From Yuukianura sp. NJ FZ-2021 (Eukaryota): DNA of 64,000 bases. How positions within the stretch are numbered: position 1 is the stretch's first letter; the number at the start of each line of letters is the position of its first letter. The position numbers and the translations under genes are program-made. The DNA lies in contig CM102290.1 in assembly GCA_046563655.1 (NCBI GenBank), positions 4,650,001-4,714,000 on the forward strand. The letters are read 5' to 3'. A model generated the notes under the pieces. That model ran no database searches, was not told the DNA's origin, and saw only the letters and a program-made list of their open reading frames with translations. This document shows positions 12,201 to 27,517 of the stretch, piece after piece.

Positions 12201-15200
12201 TTTTTTTTCAAAACCGAAGACTTTGAAAAACTCATTTTGAAATCTTAACAATGAAAAGTACGCAAATCGATGGCCACTGAACAACTTTTTCTGTTTGAAA
12301 ACTACCGCTTCGTTGTTACGCTTCCGAGAAATTGAAAAGATTTTAAAGAAAAATTTCCAAACCAAAACCTGCTCAATGCTAATCGGATTTTTGCATTCAC
12401 AGTCATTTTTGAAAACATGAAAAACACAAACTGGACAAACATCATTTGTGAAATGTGAAAAAAAAACAGAGAAAGCAATGGGTACTTAGCAAAATAGTCG
12501 TGAAAGCAGTCCATCGCTTTGCGCATGGCATGTATTATGCGTCAGATTGACTTGTGACACAATTGTAAAATTTGGGATCGTATTAAAAATTGTCGTCGTT
12601 GACGGAAGTTGTCTACTTTTGTTTTTTTATTTTTGAAGTCCCCTCTTGTAGGGTGTGACCAATACAACTGAATGGCAATAGAGTGGTGAATAGCGCGTCT
12701 TTTTGAATAGGTTTTTTTTTTGTGAATGGACCAGTACTATGTAATTATGGATCCCTTTTGATGTACTCGAAAAAGTACCCCACAAAGACTTTCTTCAGTA
12801 TTGGAATTGCAAATAACTTTCAAAACTCAACATTTCTATACAACTTTCCTAAACAAAAATGGAAACAATAGGTGAAACGCTGAAAATCACAACTGCATAA
12901 CCGCTCTAAAAAATATTACTTCCCAATTCCTTCACATTTAGTGAAGTTTAACGGAGGAGCTCAAAATTGACTCTTTTTTAATACGCAAAAGTAGCGAATG
13001 TGTTACAAATTTTGAAAATTGTACAACTTTGTACCATTTGTTGGTTTGGAATTTTTTGTCAAGTTGGACTGCTTCATTGAATAGGTAAGAGTTTAAAAAT
13101 GTTGAAAAGGGCTGCTTACACCTTTGTACGTTGTACACATGTGTGTAGTTAAGGCTTAATACCGTCATTGTGGACTCAAGGATTGAAGTTTTTGCTCCAG
13201 CGAATTCAGCCCATTTGAAGATTGAGCAGTGATGGTCATGTCTGATTCTGCAGTTGCTCCATTGGACTTAATTTTGGATGAATGGAGGCCCAAGGACCCA
13301 TGACCCCTCTGATCCGATCTCAACCTAACCTAACCATGTCTACAGTGATCCTCCGTTTTCAAAATGGAGCTCCCTCCCCCTCCTCCTCACCCAGCAGTCT
13401 CTTGCAACAATAGTAACAATGCTATTATGACAGAATCTATCAACAGAGTCATCATCAATAACTTCACGACTCAACGATTTTTTAACAACGACTCAATTCT
13501 GCCTTATCCTCTGGGATTTTCAGACTCAAACATGTCACTGAACAGCCATTTTAAACTTGGACACTACTTTCAAAGTTTCCGAAATTTGTAATTCAGACAG
13601 AATTCAGAAATGAGAAAAAAATATTATGTGAGAATGGTGCTTTCTCAGAAATTTCAGAACATAATTTAAGGCTTAGTTATTTTAAAGAACTGTTAGTTAA
13701 AAAATAATATCTAACAATTTTTGATCGAAGATGCAAGTTTGAGTTATTTTTCTTCATTTTTTTTGTTGTTCAACTTGTCCTAACACTGGAATTTTTCGGA
13801 AATCATGTTTTATGGTGTGGAATAAGTTCATCATGTCGAGTCACAAAAATCCGACTATTTTTGCTACGAAAATCTTTTACCCCCGTAGCTGAAAAGCCTT
13901 TTTTTCTTGGACTAAAAGGCTTACATCGGATGAGGAGTTTAGGACTCCAAAGATCTTGATCCCAACAAAAGAAACAGAAAATGATCAAGGTGAGTTTTGA
14001 ATCTTTTGTTGGAAGTCGATAGAAAGGAACCTAATTGTAGTCTCGGCAGTACTTTCAATTGATGGTTCTTACAAGGATTAACAGCCGACGTAAGGCTTCA
14101 CTAGCTGCCGCTTAGAGGAACTCAAAATGGAAAAAAGTGATTTTGAAATGAATGTTCGCTTAAGTTGTTTGCTTTTTCAAGTTAACGAAAAAGCTAAGTA
14201 GAACTTCAATTGTCCACTTCCTTCCGAAGTCCCCACAAAAGTCAATGGTGTGTCTAAAACTGGAGCACTTTGAAGTTGTTGGGAATAAATTGTTGTCGGT
14301 TGGAAGAGAAGCAGCAGCAGGCGTTTGAATTGAAAACTGCTGCCCGCAGTGCTCATTGCTGATTGGGACATCACACCGGGAGATATTCACTTTTAGACGT
14401 CATAAGTAAAAGTACTGAGGGATGAAACCGTTTTCTGAGTCAGTGGGCTGCAGCATTTGAAAAATCACGGCACAGTTAGTGGTACATTCTGTTTATTACA
14501 AAAACGGATTCAATTTTTCCCGCCAAATTCCCTGCGTCTCTCCATTGTTTGCAGGGAAATGTACAACTACATTAGGCAACATAAGGTTTTTTGAAGCGAA
14601 CAGAACTAGAGGCGTGGGGCGTGTCCACAGCTATAGCAGAATCATTTAGTCCATATCGTCTGACTTCCAGTGGTTAATAGTACTGAGTTGAAAAGCATTT
14701 TTGTGTTTTCCACGTTTTAATTTTTTTTTTTTTTGAATCTCGAGGAATATTTTCTATTTTTTATCTAATAGTCGAAAAACGATATGTTTATCGGCGTTGG
14801 GACAATTTTAAGTCCGGTTTCAAGCATGGAGAAAACATTGTTTTCCCTCAATTTATCATATGAAAATAAGTTTTAGGCGGGATTTTGCGAAAGATTAAAA
14901 AAAAAGATCCCCTTATCTTCCATTTCAAAAACTTTCAACTTTTTTTATTGTCTTAACAATTTTTGCGTCTCCCCGAATGGAAAGGCTTTCTAAAATGTGC
15001 GGAGCATCTATGACCAATGACGCTGGCTGAACCCTGCAGAGATTTTTATCAATTTGCGAAACTGAAATTGGCGCACTGTGAAAAAGTTGAAAAGCAGCGG
15101 CTGAAAAGGTTTGTTTATTTTGTACTGTCGCTTTTTCACGAGTGCTAGTTGTGCCTCACTGGAAGTCATTTGAAGGAAGAAGCTGAGAAAAGCGGGTATT

Positions 15201-18200
15201 TGGCCTCAATGCCCGGGTTTCATGTCCCTCCTGAATTGGAAATTTGTGAGTGCCCGCCTGGGACTTACGTTGTGCCTCATTGAAATGAATAATAATGTGT
15301 AGTAGATGAGGAGGGAGTCGTGAATTGGAGCTGGCTGTTTGAAAGGGCGCACTGAAAGTGGTTGGGTGATCCCTTAGGTTGCGTGGGGAGACAAGCGATT
15401 GGTTTTCGGTTGTGTCGAAGTGAACATTGGGGTAGCCGGTAGGCGCGTCTACGTTCAAGAGTTCCGACCCAGAAAAGGTTGGCAAGACCAAAAAAAGACA
15501 AGCCGATGTTGAAGCGCTGTTGAGCAGCAGCGCTTGCCCTCTAAGGCCCAAGTCAACACAGGGTTTTGGCGCAAAAAAGTGCCTATGCTGAGGCATGAAA
15601 AAACGTTGACCCATTGTTGACAGTCGGAGCACCTTGACAGAGCGCAAGAAGCTCGGCTGCTGTCATTTTTGTATAGTGGAGGTATTACTTTGGATACCTC
15701 AGAGTAGTCACACTCCAAGTAAATCTAAAGAACTTGTCCAGCTAAGGGCTCACTGTGCACCTTGCTCCGACTAAAGACTATAACAGCGTCTCAAGTACAT
15801 TTTCAGATTAAAAGTCTTAACGACTCCGACAGCCACAAATGGAATTTCAGTCAGTTTTTAATACTTGGGCAGTCAGCAGGAGATTCTGGAAGTTCCTTTA
15901 ACAGCCGAATCCAGAAGTCACGCAAAAAAAACGCATTTGAAAAAACATGGTTGAGGTGTACTTTTACTAAAAACATCTCAAAATTTTCCAAATTTCAAGC
16001 TGTTTCCTTTCCAACTTAATAAGTGTTTTTTCAAAATTTCGAAATTCACTTGATTTACAATTCAGTGATTTGTGAAAGTTCCGGAATTACATTGTTAGCT
16101 GCAACTCAAGAAGAGGGTACTCCGGCTAAAAAAACTGGTAAAATTTAATTCAAAAACAGAACTATTTTTGAAAATTTGATCCAGAAGTCAAAACTAGTGT
16201 AACGCAAACAGCGTTGAACAGTCTGGGTTCTATTGTGCCGAAGTGTAAAAAGAACAAAGGGAACCTTAAGAGGCCGGGAGAACTTTCTAATTAAGGGATG
16301 GTGGTGGGCCTTATGCCAAAAGCCACTTCAGTCGACTCCACTTTCAGCACGAGAAACACTTCCACAACTTCCTGCTAACTTAAGCACTCAACAAACATCT
16401 TTAACACGGTAAGAATTTTTTGGATTTTCTAAATCCTAATTTTTTGAAATATTCATTTAAGACATTGAAGTGCACAAAACCTCTTGAGCACGCAAATACC
16501 CGTTTCATGATGAAACACTTAACATATCGAACAACTTTTGAAGTCAAAACACGCCTTTCTTGGTCTGATTAGCACGTTTGAAATTTTTGGAGTTTTTGGC
16601 ACTTAAAAAACTTCGATTCGAGGATAAAAGCATAAGTTATAGTTTTCAGTAAACTTAAAACTGTGAGATTAAAACAATCACAAATAAACTCTTGTTGAAG
16701 AAAACGAACGATGTCGCACGTTGTCCCTGCTTTTCCCGGAAGCTGTGTTGCCTCAACATATCAAATTTCCAAATCGGATAGATTTAGACATGAGGCCTGC
16801 CACGTGCGATTCGGTTTTTTTGAAATTTTTAGTTTTTGAAATCCAACTTACGGAAATAACTTCTCAGGTTTCAAGCTGAAGGTGCAATTTTCGTTAAGCT
16901 ACGGATCCACCCCTGCACTGAAAATTTTAAGCAGTGCATTCTGAAATAGGCTGCATTGTTACCAGAATTCAATTCAAGACAAACGTCTTGTCTTAAATTT
17001 CGTTTCCGCTTACTTTCAAGTTCAATTCTTTCTTTCACTAAGAAGGCGGGTACCTTCCATTCGCGTTTGGTTTTTAAGGACAACAGTAGAACAGGAAGTC
17101 GTACGCCTGGCGTACTTCATGATTTGACCGTTTACAATTATTGTTGGAGTGATGTAACTTTGGCGCGCGCGTCATTTCAAAAAGATTTTGTCTGACTTGA
17201 TTTCTATTCATAAAAATTGAAATGTTGTTTCCGGAATCAAACAATTGACGGCTATCAAATTTCAAATGTCTTGAGTAAAACCGCTGCACCATTTCCAAAT
17301 GACGGCAATGAAAAGTTTTCTGTCGACTTCCTACCAAATGCCGGAAGTATTTTCGGCACTTTGTTCCAGATTTTAGTTATTCCTACAATTCTTAAACTTC
17401 GCAATGTTTTGCAGTTAGAACCAATGTTTGATGCGCTAAGGTAAAAAAAATATTTTTGAAGTGTGGATTTCTCCTAGTTTTAAATTTTGAATGTGAACAT
17501 TTTTACTCCCGAGTCAAATTGATTGCCAGTTTGATTCTAGCATAAAACTTTGTTTAATTTACTATAAAGTTTGAAGTTGTTTCGTATTAGAGCTTACGTG
17601 TCCTCATACAATTTCTCCCTCAAGGAATGTCAATGAGAATGGGTCACAGAAACTCAATTAAAAATGGAAAATAGTAAGATCGTTATGTGCTGAAGCTTAA
17701 AAAGAAACCCAATTGAAAATATAATGAATTTGGCACGGCTGTAAAAAGACAAATTTACAAGACACTGTTTGTTGTGGAGTGGAATTTAAAAAACTTTGAG
17801 ACAGAGGCCAAAATTTTATTTGCAAGTTTAACACTCCTATTTGCAAGAAGCGTAAAGCAACCAATAATCTCTTGGACCAAAACGAATTCCAACGTTTTGG
17901 ACACGCACTTCAGAAGATATTGAGTTTGTGATTTGTTAAAAGCGACGTAGAGGAAGCCTTTTCAATTCTGCGATGTTTGAAATTATTCCGTAGTGCTGTT
18001 TTAACATATAAAATAATGTATAACAAATAATTTATACTTCACTTCACAGAGCATTGTTATTATTTTATAGTGCCACTTTTTCGAATTTTTTGAAGACGAA
18101 TTTATAATCAGTAAACAGTAAAGTAAAGTACATGAAACATTTTTGTAACCTTCTTAATATCAAAAACTTGACCGCTTTAAAGTTTTGTAGTTTCAAAGTT

Positions 18201-21200
18201 TTGCACTGGAATTATTGAAATGTTTTTAAAAAAAACTAAAGAAAACATTAGTTAGGAGCGCTGATGTTTTGTTGTTTATTTTGAAAATCAGACATTTGAT
18301 TTGATTTTAATTGAAACCGTGTTTGAAAGTTTTTGACTTCCTCCTGTCTAAAACTTTACGGTTCACTTGAAGTGGTTTTGGAAGTTGGAGTGGTTTAGTA
18401 GTGAAGTGGTGAAATTGGTTTTGGGTGACATGAGGGTTGACATTTCATCCCCAAGACAAACTTGGATTTGAAGTTCTTGGCGAAGAAAGTTAAGGGGCGT
18501 GTTAGTCAGAAGATCATTTCTAAGCAATTGTCTTTGGGAAGCAGAATGTCACGTAGATCTAGGAAGAAGACTCTGCAGTTGTAGACATGGAGGAGCCACT
18601 TAAACCACTTCTCACAAGAGGTTCGTGCTTCATGAGGACTCAGCAAAAACATCGAGCAACAACTTAAAGAGATCAACACTCTCTGTCAGACCACTGTAGT
18701 ATCTAATATATCAAAACCAAAATCCTGGAAGAAAGTCCAAACGTCTGTTCATGAAAGTCCAGACGCACATAACAGCTTTCTGGAAGTGAATTAATGAGGT
18801 TTCGCACTTACCCGCTTTTCAAAAGATTTGAGGAAAGGAGAAAGCGCAGCGTCAATGCCCTTCCTTTTGTTGACTTTCTATTAAAAGTCAAGACGTTTCA
18901 GAAAACTCAAAAGTGAAAACAGCTTTACATTGACCAGTCCCAACAAAATGACTTACTGAAAAACGTTTTCCTTTTAAATTTTTTCTTAAATTTTTTAGAT
19001 CCTGTTAAAAAACAACATCCTTTAGCATTCCTGTTCAATTTTTACTCTCCCTGTCTCTTTTTCATTACAGATTCATCATTTTTTAATCAAGGTAGGCGGA
19101 TGTAATAAATTTCAAAAAATGTAGTAGGGGGATCAGTGATTGGATTCTCAAGAGAAAGTTAAAAAAAATCTCCCGCTTTCCTAATCCTTCCATTCCATTT
19201 GTAAACGAACTTTTTTTTTAGATTTGTAGTGATGATAAACCTATGCCAAACAAGCGGGTCAATTCCCTCTTCTCTTTTTCGAATTTGTCGTAGAAATGAA
19301 TGTCGGTCGACCTTGATTTATTATCCTAAACGGAACAAATTGGACATAGATAAAACAAAAAGCGAGTTCAGTTTTTTTTCCGCTGTACTTTCTCTAACTT
19401 TTTCTTCCAATCCAAATCTTGCTTGTAAAATGTTCTTATGAAAAGTAAAGGTCGATCTGGTAAAAGTTATTTTTGTTTTGTTTCCATTTTCTACGACATA
19501 AGTAGTAAAAGGTAGGGAATTGAGTGATGATCTTGTAGCCGTTTGGACTCGGCACTTGGACAGAAACTAGGATACTGCATATCCCTTAGTTGATTCAAAT
19601 GGAAACAGGAGAGGAGGCCTATGGAGGTACTTTTTTCGTTGGAAGATTTTAATTGGGAAGTGATTCCTTGGAGACTTTCTCCTTTCTTCGTTGGTCCAAT
19701 TCCCCTCTAAACACATATTAAGAGATCCAGCAGGGAGGAAGTTGTGCAGTTAGTCACTAGTGAAAATGGGGGAATTATGAACCGAGAAATCGTTCCTACG
19801 TTCTATGGCTCCTAGTTTTGGGTTCCAAAGGGAAAAGGGACCTCAGTGTTTACACAATGTTCTTTTATGTTCCTCCGATTTCTCGGTTCCTGCCCACTTC
19901 AAAAAGCTTATCACTCCTGGTCTTCCCAAGGCAAAAGCACCGAGCACAGCCTATTCCTTGGAGGTATCTTTTTTTCTGGAAGTTCGAGAGCACTGCTGCT
20001 TTTCCTAACATTCAAAACGGCTACGGTCTAGAAACACTCAAAAGGAAAGCAAACTGCGGTGCTCAACCGGCGTCTAGGAAAATAAAATGGAGCTCTTTAT
20101 GATATTACGTCAAGTTGTTCAGAGAGAAGGTGCATGTTTACCAAGTATTGCAAACTGAATGGGTTTCTCATCAACTTATGGAACATCCTTTGGAGAACTC
20201 GGTTGTAGTTCAATTGAAGTTGACTTTTGACGACTTTAGATGAAACCATTTTGTTACGAGTACACGGAGCACGGATGATGTAGAAAAGGAAATTCGTTTT
20301 CTGATGATGTGTCGTGCTCAACGGAAATGACCATATCCAAGTAGTGTCAACAGAAACTAGGTTCCATTTTAAGTGTCAAATAAGCATTGAGACAAGGGTC
20401 ATTGTGAGCGGAGGTCCTTTGGTCCTTATGACTCTGGAACATGCTATTCCCAAATGGATTTCAAAAAAGAAAAAGTTTCAAATCAACTTTCTCTTTAAAC
20501 TTTGTTTTGTACAAGGCGTCTCCCCCACTTTTTTCAAGTTTTGAAACAAAAAACATAGGTTGTTCAACATAACGCGGTGAGACATGCTGTACTTACATAC
20601 GAAGTTAAACGTAGCAAAGAGTAGCAATAAGTTGTCAAGAGTCAATTTAACTTCGTCTGCCCCTTCTTATTTCTCTTCCGCAGAAGATCAACAAACATTG
20701 TACAAACAAGAACAAACTTTTTAAGGAAATGGCCCCATTCTGGAAGCCTTTTTCGTTTTTTTTTGAACCGTTGCAACATGCGTACAAGTCGTTTACTTTC
20801 TCCTTGAATTGATTGAATAGCACCACTGGATCCTAAATGCCTTTCCATTCTTGCATTATGTCCAGGAACAATTGGAATTTTGGCGGAGCTTGGAAACCAT
20901 TTTGACGGCATTCAGAAAACGCTCAATTTTGAAAAATACAACGAAAACGGAATACTATCAAACTTATAGGACGGAAGGAGTGATTGCTTCTTTTTGGGGG
21001 GCGAGTACCACAATCCAAGTCCATTGACAAAACTACAATGGATTACCAAATTGAATTTGAGTTTTTTAGATTTCTTTTTTAGAAAAGGAAAGTGGTACAT
21101 GTCAAAACCATGAAACTGAATTTCGAATCGCCCCTCTCCTCCTATACAATTTTTAAATTTTGGAATTAGGTGAAAATTAATGGAACATAACGGTCAATTG

Positions 21201-21355
21201 GCATGTTAATATCTTGTTAGCATTTTAATATGCTTTACTACGAATCAAAGTTTTGAATTTTCGTAGTCTAGCACGTGGCATTGAGATTCTTTATATACTA
21301 CTGTACTAATTTTTTGTTTTTCAGAATTTTGAATTCGGTTGATCATATCGCCAAC

Positions 21356-23395
21356 ATGATGATGGACAATCACCCAAGGCTTTTGGATATTAGCGGGAAC
21401 GGACCGGAGACACAAAGTACTACAAATTCAGTCCGCGGAAATTTGAAAAACGTTGAAAAACATGGGAGCAACAGCACTTCCAAAGGTTCTCTCCTTACAT
21501 TTTCCATTGCCAAAATTATGGAGTCAGTTCCATCACCCAAGGACTTGGCACAGGGCCAACACGATCATCATCACCATGGTTACGATGATCAGGTCGAAGA
21601 TAGCCAAGTCTCATCTCCAAGTACGCATAGCCTAAGTTGTGACGATGACGATGATGAAGATGCCACCAGTCCCAGTGAGCACCAAAGATCCAAACAATCT
21701 CTACTTGGCTTCGAACACCACTTACGGCCTCCAAAATTCAAATCACCATTTTTGCCCCAAATTTCAAACGCACCTTCCCCCAAATTGGATTCAGCTTTTC
21801 GAAAGTACATTCCAAAGTCTCCGACATTCCGTACGGAGCAGACTTTTCGATCATACAGTGATCATCTTTTGAATTCTTCTGATATCCTTGCCCAGTATCC
21901 CCTCATTTACCATCATCCCCATCCAAGTGCAAATGGATCTTTCCTTCCAAATCAATTCGGGGGTGGAAACAACCCCCACCATCCCTTCCCACCTTCACTG
22001 TATGCCGCCTACCTCTCTGCAGCCAAATCCCATTTTGGCACTGGAACTTTGTCTAGCACTTCTCCAGGCGGAACAGTTCCTTCTCCAGCAGTTTATTTCA
22101 GAAATCTCCAACCACAATCGCCGAATTTTGAACATAAGCTATTGGTCTCTCCTTCTGGACTTGGCAGTGCTACAAGAAAATTCAGTTCAATCATTTCAGG
22201 CTCAGTGACGACTGGAAAAGAAGCGGGTTTGAGTTTTAGGCGAGGGTTGACCTCAAAGTCTACGAAAACTCCTGGCGGGAATGTTCAAAAAGACTTTAGA
22301 ATTTCTAAAAAGCGGGGTCAAACAGGTCAAAGTGGCGGAGGAAAGAAAGCTAGAAAGGCAAAAGAGGCCGTGAAGGTCCGAGCGGATTCAGAGGAAGAGG
22401 GAGAAGACGGGGATAGTGCGGGGGATTTAAATTCCCCGAATAGCTGTAACTCCCGGGTAATTTCCAGAAGGTCACCAACTGTCCCCACCACAACAACGAC
22501 CAACAGTGCTACTTCGCAGACGGCGTGCCCATCTACTGCAAACAAGTCTTTTACATGTCCCGAATGTGGGAAGGTCTTCAATGCTCATTACAACCTCACG
22601 AGACACATGCCGGTTCACACTGGGGCACGCCCCTTCGTCTGTAAAGTTTGTGGCAAAGGCTTTCGTCAAGCGTCCACACTTTGTCGCCACAAAATTATTC
22701 ACACGTCAGACAAACCACACAAATGTCAAACGTGTGGCAAAGCATTCAACAGAAGCTCAACACTCAACACTCACATTCGAATCCATGATGGCTACAAGCC
22801 ATTTGTCTGTGAATACTGTGGTAAAGGATTCCATCAAAAAGGAAACTACAAAAATCACAAGTTAACACACAGCGGAGACAAGGCTTTCAAATGTCGTATC
22901 TGTAACAAAGCCTTTCACCAAGTCTACAACCTAACTTTCCATATGCATACTCACAACGATCGAAAACCATTTACTTGTGAAACTTGTGGAAAAGGATTTT
23001 GTCGAAATTTTGATTTGAAAAAACATCGAAGGAAGTTACACGAAGGTCACTCCGGTCATCATCATCGCCATGATCATCATGATTATCATCATCATCATCA
23101 CCGTCATCATCGCTCATCCCCTCCGACTCAGGCGTCGAATCCAAATGGGCCGAATTCAGAAAGTGGTGAAAGCAGAGTGTCTAGCCTATCACCAACTCCC
23201 GTGGTTGCTCCCGCCTCGACAGCAAGCATCCCGCAGCATATTCCAAGCATCTTTCGACATCATTCTTTGCAACTTTCTCCAAATAGCAGTATCCCCATAG
23301 AGTCAACCCTCAACTACATTAGTCCTTTTCTCCTTCAACAATCACATATCAACCCTAACAACACTCAAACTCATGCGTTCTCAAAATTTTCATGA
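21356..23395 (+). CDS. erm: Fez family C2H2 zinc-finger transcription factor (earmuff/Fezf)
   Basis: eh1 motif [10 protein letters not shown]; six C2H2 fingers from [29 protein letters not shown] to [18 protein letters not shown], typical of Fezf; His-rich tract. Acceptor ttttcag at 21324 precedes the ATG at 21356; AATAAA at ~23470. Confidence 0.96.
   Translation: MMMDNHPRLLDISGNGPETQSTTNSVRGNLKNVEKHGSNSTSKGSLLTFSIAKIMESVPSPKDLAQGQHDHHHHGYDDQVEDSQVSSPSTHSLSCDDDDDEDATSPSEHQRSKQSLLGFEHHLRPPKFKSPFLPQISNAPSPKLDSAFRKYIPKSPTFRTEQTFRSYSDHLLNSSDILAQYPLIYHHPHPSANGSFLPNQFGGGNNPHHPFPPSLYAAYLSAAKSHFGTGTLSSTSPGGTVPSPAVYFRNLQPQSPNFEHKLLVSPSGLGSATRKFSSIISGSVTTGKEAGLSFRRGLTSKSTKTPGGNVQKDFRISKKRGQTGQSGGGKKARKAKEAVKVRADSEEEGEDGDSAGDLNSPNSCNSRVISRRSPTVPTTTTTNSATSQTACPSTANKSFTCPECGKVFNAHYNLTRHMPVHTGARPFVCKVCGKGFRQASTLCRHKIIHTSDKPHKCQTCGKAFNRSSTLNTHIRIHDGYKPFVCEYCGKGFHQKGNYKNHKLTHSGDKAFKCRICNKAFHQVYNLTFHMHTHNDRKPFTCETCGKGFCRNFDLKKHRRKLHEGHSGHHHRHDHHDYHHHHHRHHRSSPPTQASNPNGPNSESGESRVSSLSPTPVVAPASTASIPQHIPSIFRHHSLQLSPNSSIPIESTLNYISPFLLQQSHINPNNTQTHAFSKFS
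23056..23110 (+). repeat. Imperfect (CAT)n repeat encoding poly-His
   Basis: catcatcatcgccatgatcatcatgattatcatcatcatcatcaccgtcatcat, inside the Fezf CDS. Confidence 0.9.
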
Positions 23396-24475
23396 AAAAC
23401 AAATCTCGTCACATGTTTTTTTGATTAGTACTCCTTGAACTGAGCCCTTCATTTAACTTACTGTCGATTAATAAAAGTTTGAGTCGCTTCTAATACATAG
23501 AAGAAAAAAAATCTTGAAAACCAAAACAGAATTTCTCGGAGGTTGTTCAAGTTTTTATTTTTAAACAAAATAGAAAGAAATCCTTTCAGAATAACATTGT
23601 CGTTTGAGCGTCAGGGTTTGACGACTTAATTATATAGGAAAGGGGACATTTTGAGCCGATTAGTGGCTGTAGAATGAAGTAAATACACCAAATGCATATC
23701 TAGCCTACGGTTAAACAACATTCAACGGCTTTGCGACCAACTTTTACAGAATCATCGGATTTGGTTGCGAGTCAATACTTGTCAACTTACATTTGACGGA
23801 GATCAAAACCCCTTTTTAAACAAAATTTTTCATAAACACATTAAAAACGAGCTTGACTAAACTCGTTTTTGCACTACACTCTCTTGTATCAGATTCAAAA
23901 TCTTCTTTTACAGAATATGGAAAAGTTGTCTAATTGAGTGAAACCATTGAATCCACTTAACCAAGGTCTTACCAACTTTTTTCGTTTTCTAAACTGAACT
24001 ATTCCTGGTCTTTTTAAGGTGGAACGGATAGTTTTGTGGAGGCGTTTCTGGAAAATGAAAATGTTTCACAGGCGAAGGTCAGTTTCTGGTTTTTAGGTGT
24101 TTGAACTGTTTGAGAGTCAGAGATGCATGGATAACAGGACGTAAGTAATTGTATGGGCGAGTGGAAAATAGGGACAGATATTTAGTAGGATTCAATTCAA
24201 AATCCGACGTTTACAACTGGGACTTCGTACTAAAAGTTCTTTCATTTCCAAAACACCCCATGTCGCCTTTCCCTAATCCGCCAAACGTCGTCGTCGTTTA
24301 CAAGAGGGGAGGGATCCACATAGATATGTTCCGACGAGCACTACCCAATTCACCAATTCACAATGTTTTCAAAAAAGAAAGAAAACAATTAAAAAAAACA
24401 CCATCGTTTTTTTTTTAAATTTAAAAAATTCATGAGACTTAATGCAAACTTCTGGCCAAGACAGAGAGACGAAAG

Positions 24476-24680
24476 GCGTCCATGCCATAATCTAAGCCTC
24501 CAAAAGTCTAAGCACGCTAAATTCGGTAATTTGCACTGAACCAAACCTAACGTAAAGTTAATTAAAACCCAATCAAACTAACTTAACTCACCAAACCTAA
24601 TCCAAATCCACTGTAACATCATGAGTAGATTTTGGCGTGCTTATAGATTTTTGTTACATAGATTATGGCGTTTCGGACGC
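24476..24680. mobile_element. MITE-like element with imperfect TIRs and an AACCT-rich core
   Basis: Left gcgtcc-atgccataatcta...aaaagtctaagcacgctaaa matches the reverse complement of right ttttggcgtgcttatagattttt...tagattatggcgtttcggacgc. The core has aaacctaac/aaactaac motifs. Confidence 0.65.
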
Positions 24681-27517
24681 AAGCAGCAAAAGCAAAGATG
24701 CAAAAAAAAAACTTTGATAAAGTGAAAGTGCAAATAATGCTTTCAATTGCTGAAACACTAGATTTCCCGGATTTCGAATTTGTGTGGGAAACCTCTCAGA
24801 AAACTTGGAGTAACTTTCTCTTGGAGTGAAATTAAGTTGATCTGTACTGTTGTGGATGAGGCTGTTGACGATGACATAATAAATAGATCCGCAGGATTTC
24901 CTTGATTGTCACCAACACTTTTGGTTGGGAGTCTTATTTGGTCTGATGGCTTGGTAAATACTGCTCCCTCAATGAAACCCTCAGATGGGGTCATGTCGAC
25001 GAGAAAATTGAATTTGGAGAACAAATCCTTCCATTTCCAATCCAGTAAATCCCATCATCTCCGCATCACCAACTTCACCAACAACTAAAACGTCCAATTT
25101 CCAAAACCCACAAAACAAAGCCCACTAAACACTCTGGACATCCATACAGTCATCCCCTCATCCGCATCATAATTCATAATTGTAAACCACCACTTCAGCC
25201 CTCTGAGGTTGACCTTTCCATCTCAATTAGCCTTTGGACTTGGACTCCATCGAGGCCTAATTTGAACACGGACGTGAAAAAAACCTTGAGGCCAACGAGA
25301 AACGCGCTCCAACTTTCACCAAAAAATTATCCAATTTTGACCTCTCATTTTTTCCGGAGGCCAAATTCTTGTTATTGCTACTTTCACTTTCGGCAGACAA
25401 AGTGTTTTTTTCTCTACCGCCCTAAATTGAACCAATTGACAAAACGCGTGTAATCCAAAGCAGCAGGAAATGTTTGATTACTTCCGAGTCCAAGGCTATT
25501 GATGAATAGTGATGTTTCGTACCTTATGGCTCTAAGCAGAGTAAAACAAATTAAAGGTGTGTGGAACACTATGAAGGAGGGATCCAAAATATATTAAGTT
25601 TCAGTGAAACTGATTCTATTCAACGGAAGTGTTCAACCAGAAAATCTTTCCTTTGCATCATTGCACCCCCGTCCTTAACAACGAAAAAACGGAAACACAT
25701 TGTGGAAAATATTCCAATCGGAGCTTTCTCTCCATTTTCCGCCATTATCCGCCCGTGCCTTTCACAATAATAATAGAAGTATCTGGCTAGTAAATGGAAG
25801 TTATTAACAAGGAACAGTCTTTCGCTCCAAGCATCTGCGTCTGCGCACAACACTTGATGTTACCTCCATTTTAGTCTTCTTAGATTCAAAATCTTGGTCT
25901 TTTCATTTAAACAAAAACACATCGAAATACCATTTAACATCATCATCAGATTTGGCTCAAAATTTCAGTATTTTCCATCTCATATTCTCAAAAATATTTT
26001 TAAAAAGTTGGGCCCGAGCAAAATAGATTTATCGATGATAACGGTCTTCCAAAATCAAAATTGCAATGAATTTCAAAGCAGCTTATTTACGTACAAGGTG
26101 TGAAAATGATTACAAATGCAGTCTAGGTAAGAATCTACAAACTATAGTAAGTAAAGGTGTCAACATTTTGACTATAATTCCCAAGATAGATGTTTCATAA
26201 AAAATTGAAAAGAGAAAGTGACAGATTGAAAATGTGCAAGTGAAAGTAAGAAGGGAGCTTAAGTCTATACGCTTAGACAGACCTTTAGTGAGCAGCATTC
26301 CACTAAAAAGCAGAGATCACAGATTGTGAAAGGGAGGGAGAGACTTAAGGAGGGGTCGTCCGATAATAATGGATTGGATTTGACAGGAAATGTCCCTCTG
26401 CTGTTACGTTATTCATTTCAAAAGAAAACCAAATACCATATTTTCAAGTTCCCATCATGCAAAACCCATAGCTATTCTCGCTATTTACTTCCGCAACCTA
26501 CTACATCACATACTACATGTTCTGTCTGTTTCAAAAGTTTTGAAAAATCAAGCAAACAAAAATACCCAAAAAATAGCATATTTTCTTATTTTTTTCTGAT
26601 TTCTTTCGAAATAACCGCGGAGTGGGTGAGAAATATTATGAGAGAAAATACGTCATAATTTAAATAGAATCCTGGATAATAAGAAAGTTGGGAATGGAAA
26701 AATTAATTCCAAATTGAGTCAAAATTTTGAAAAGAAGAGTGAAGAGTCCAAAGTTAGGTACTACTAGTATGAATTTAAGTAGTGAATGGAATGTCAGGAG
26801 GATCAATTTGAGGCTTTTCATTTGAGAAAGACTTTTCAACTTGGTCTTTCTTCTTTTTGGAAAGTGGTGAAAGTGATTATGGGGAGGGAAGGAAGCACGA
26901 AAAAGCAGAAAGGAAACCTCAGGGAATCAAAAGTTGAGTTCAATGGGAAGGAACTACTGGGATGATGTGTTGTTTAACATGGAGAAAGGAAGGCTTTGTT
27001 GGAACCTTCTGCGTGTCATTCCATTGTGTCCATCCCAGGACTACTGCATGAGTGCCTAACTCCCTACTTTCACTTCCAAAAGAAATCAGAGGGTCTAAAC
27101 ATATTCATTTCATGTTTAAACTGGGAAATCCGTCCTTTCATCATCCCTCTTCCCTTAGTAGTGTGGATCTCATTTCTAAATTAGGCGCAGTCCTTTGACA
27201 ACCCACGACTTTCACTTTTAGAACTTTCACAACTTGACGCTTTGACAATTGACACCTCCTTCTTCCCCTAATAATCCCTCTCTGTCTCCATTCATTTCAA
27301 ATCCAGATCCCACACAGTCAATCAACACCCTCAACCACTCCATTTTTCAGTTGTCTCCAATTGCTTAGTCTCAAATTCAACATAAAACGACCCAATTCAT
27401 TAACTGCCACTCTGCTAAAAATGTAAAACAAAAATGATGTTGAGGTTAGAATTTTGTGCTAGCTTTGAATTTTGGTTGGAGCCAAGGTTATCATAGTGGC
27501 CATTTGTACAAATGCCG

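Noticed and set aside
15156..15647. 163-aa minus-strand ORF as a gene
   Set aside because: Non-ATG start, no recognisable domain and no convincing splice partners
21275..21355. N-terminal extension of the Fezf ORF
   Set aside because: Starts at GTG and runs through a polypyrimidine tract and acceptor; it is intron and UTR sequence
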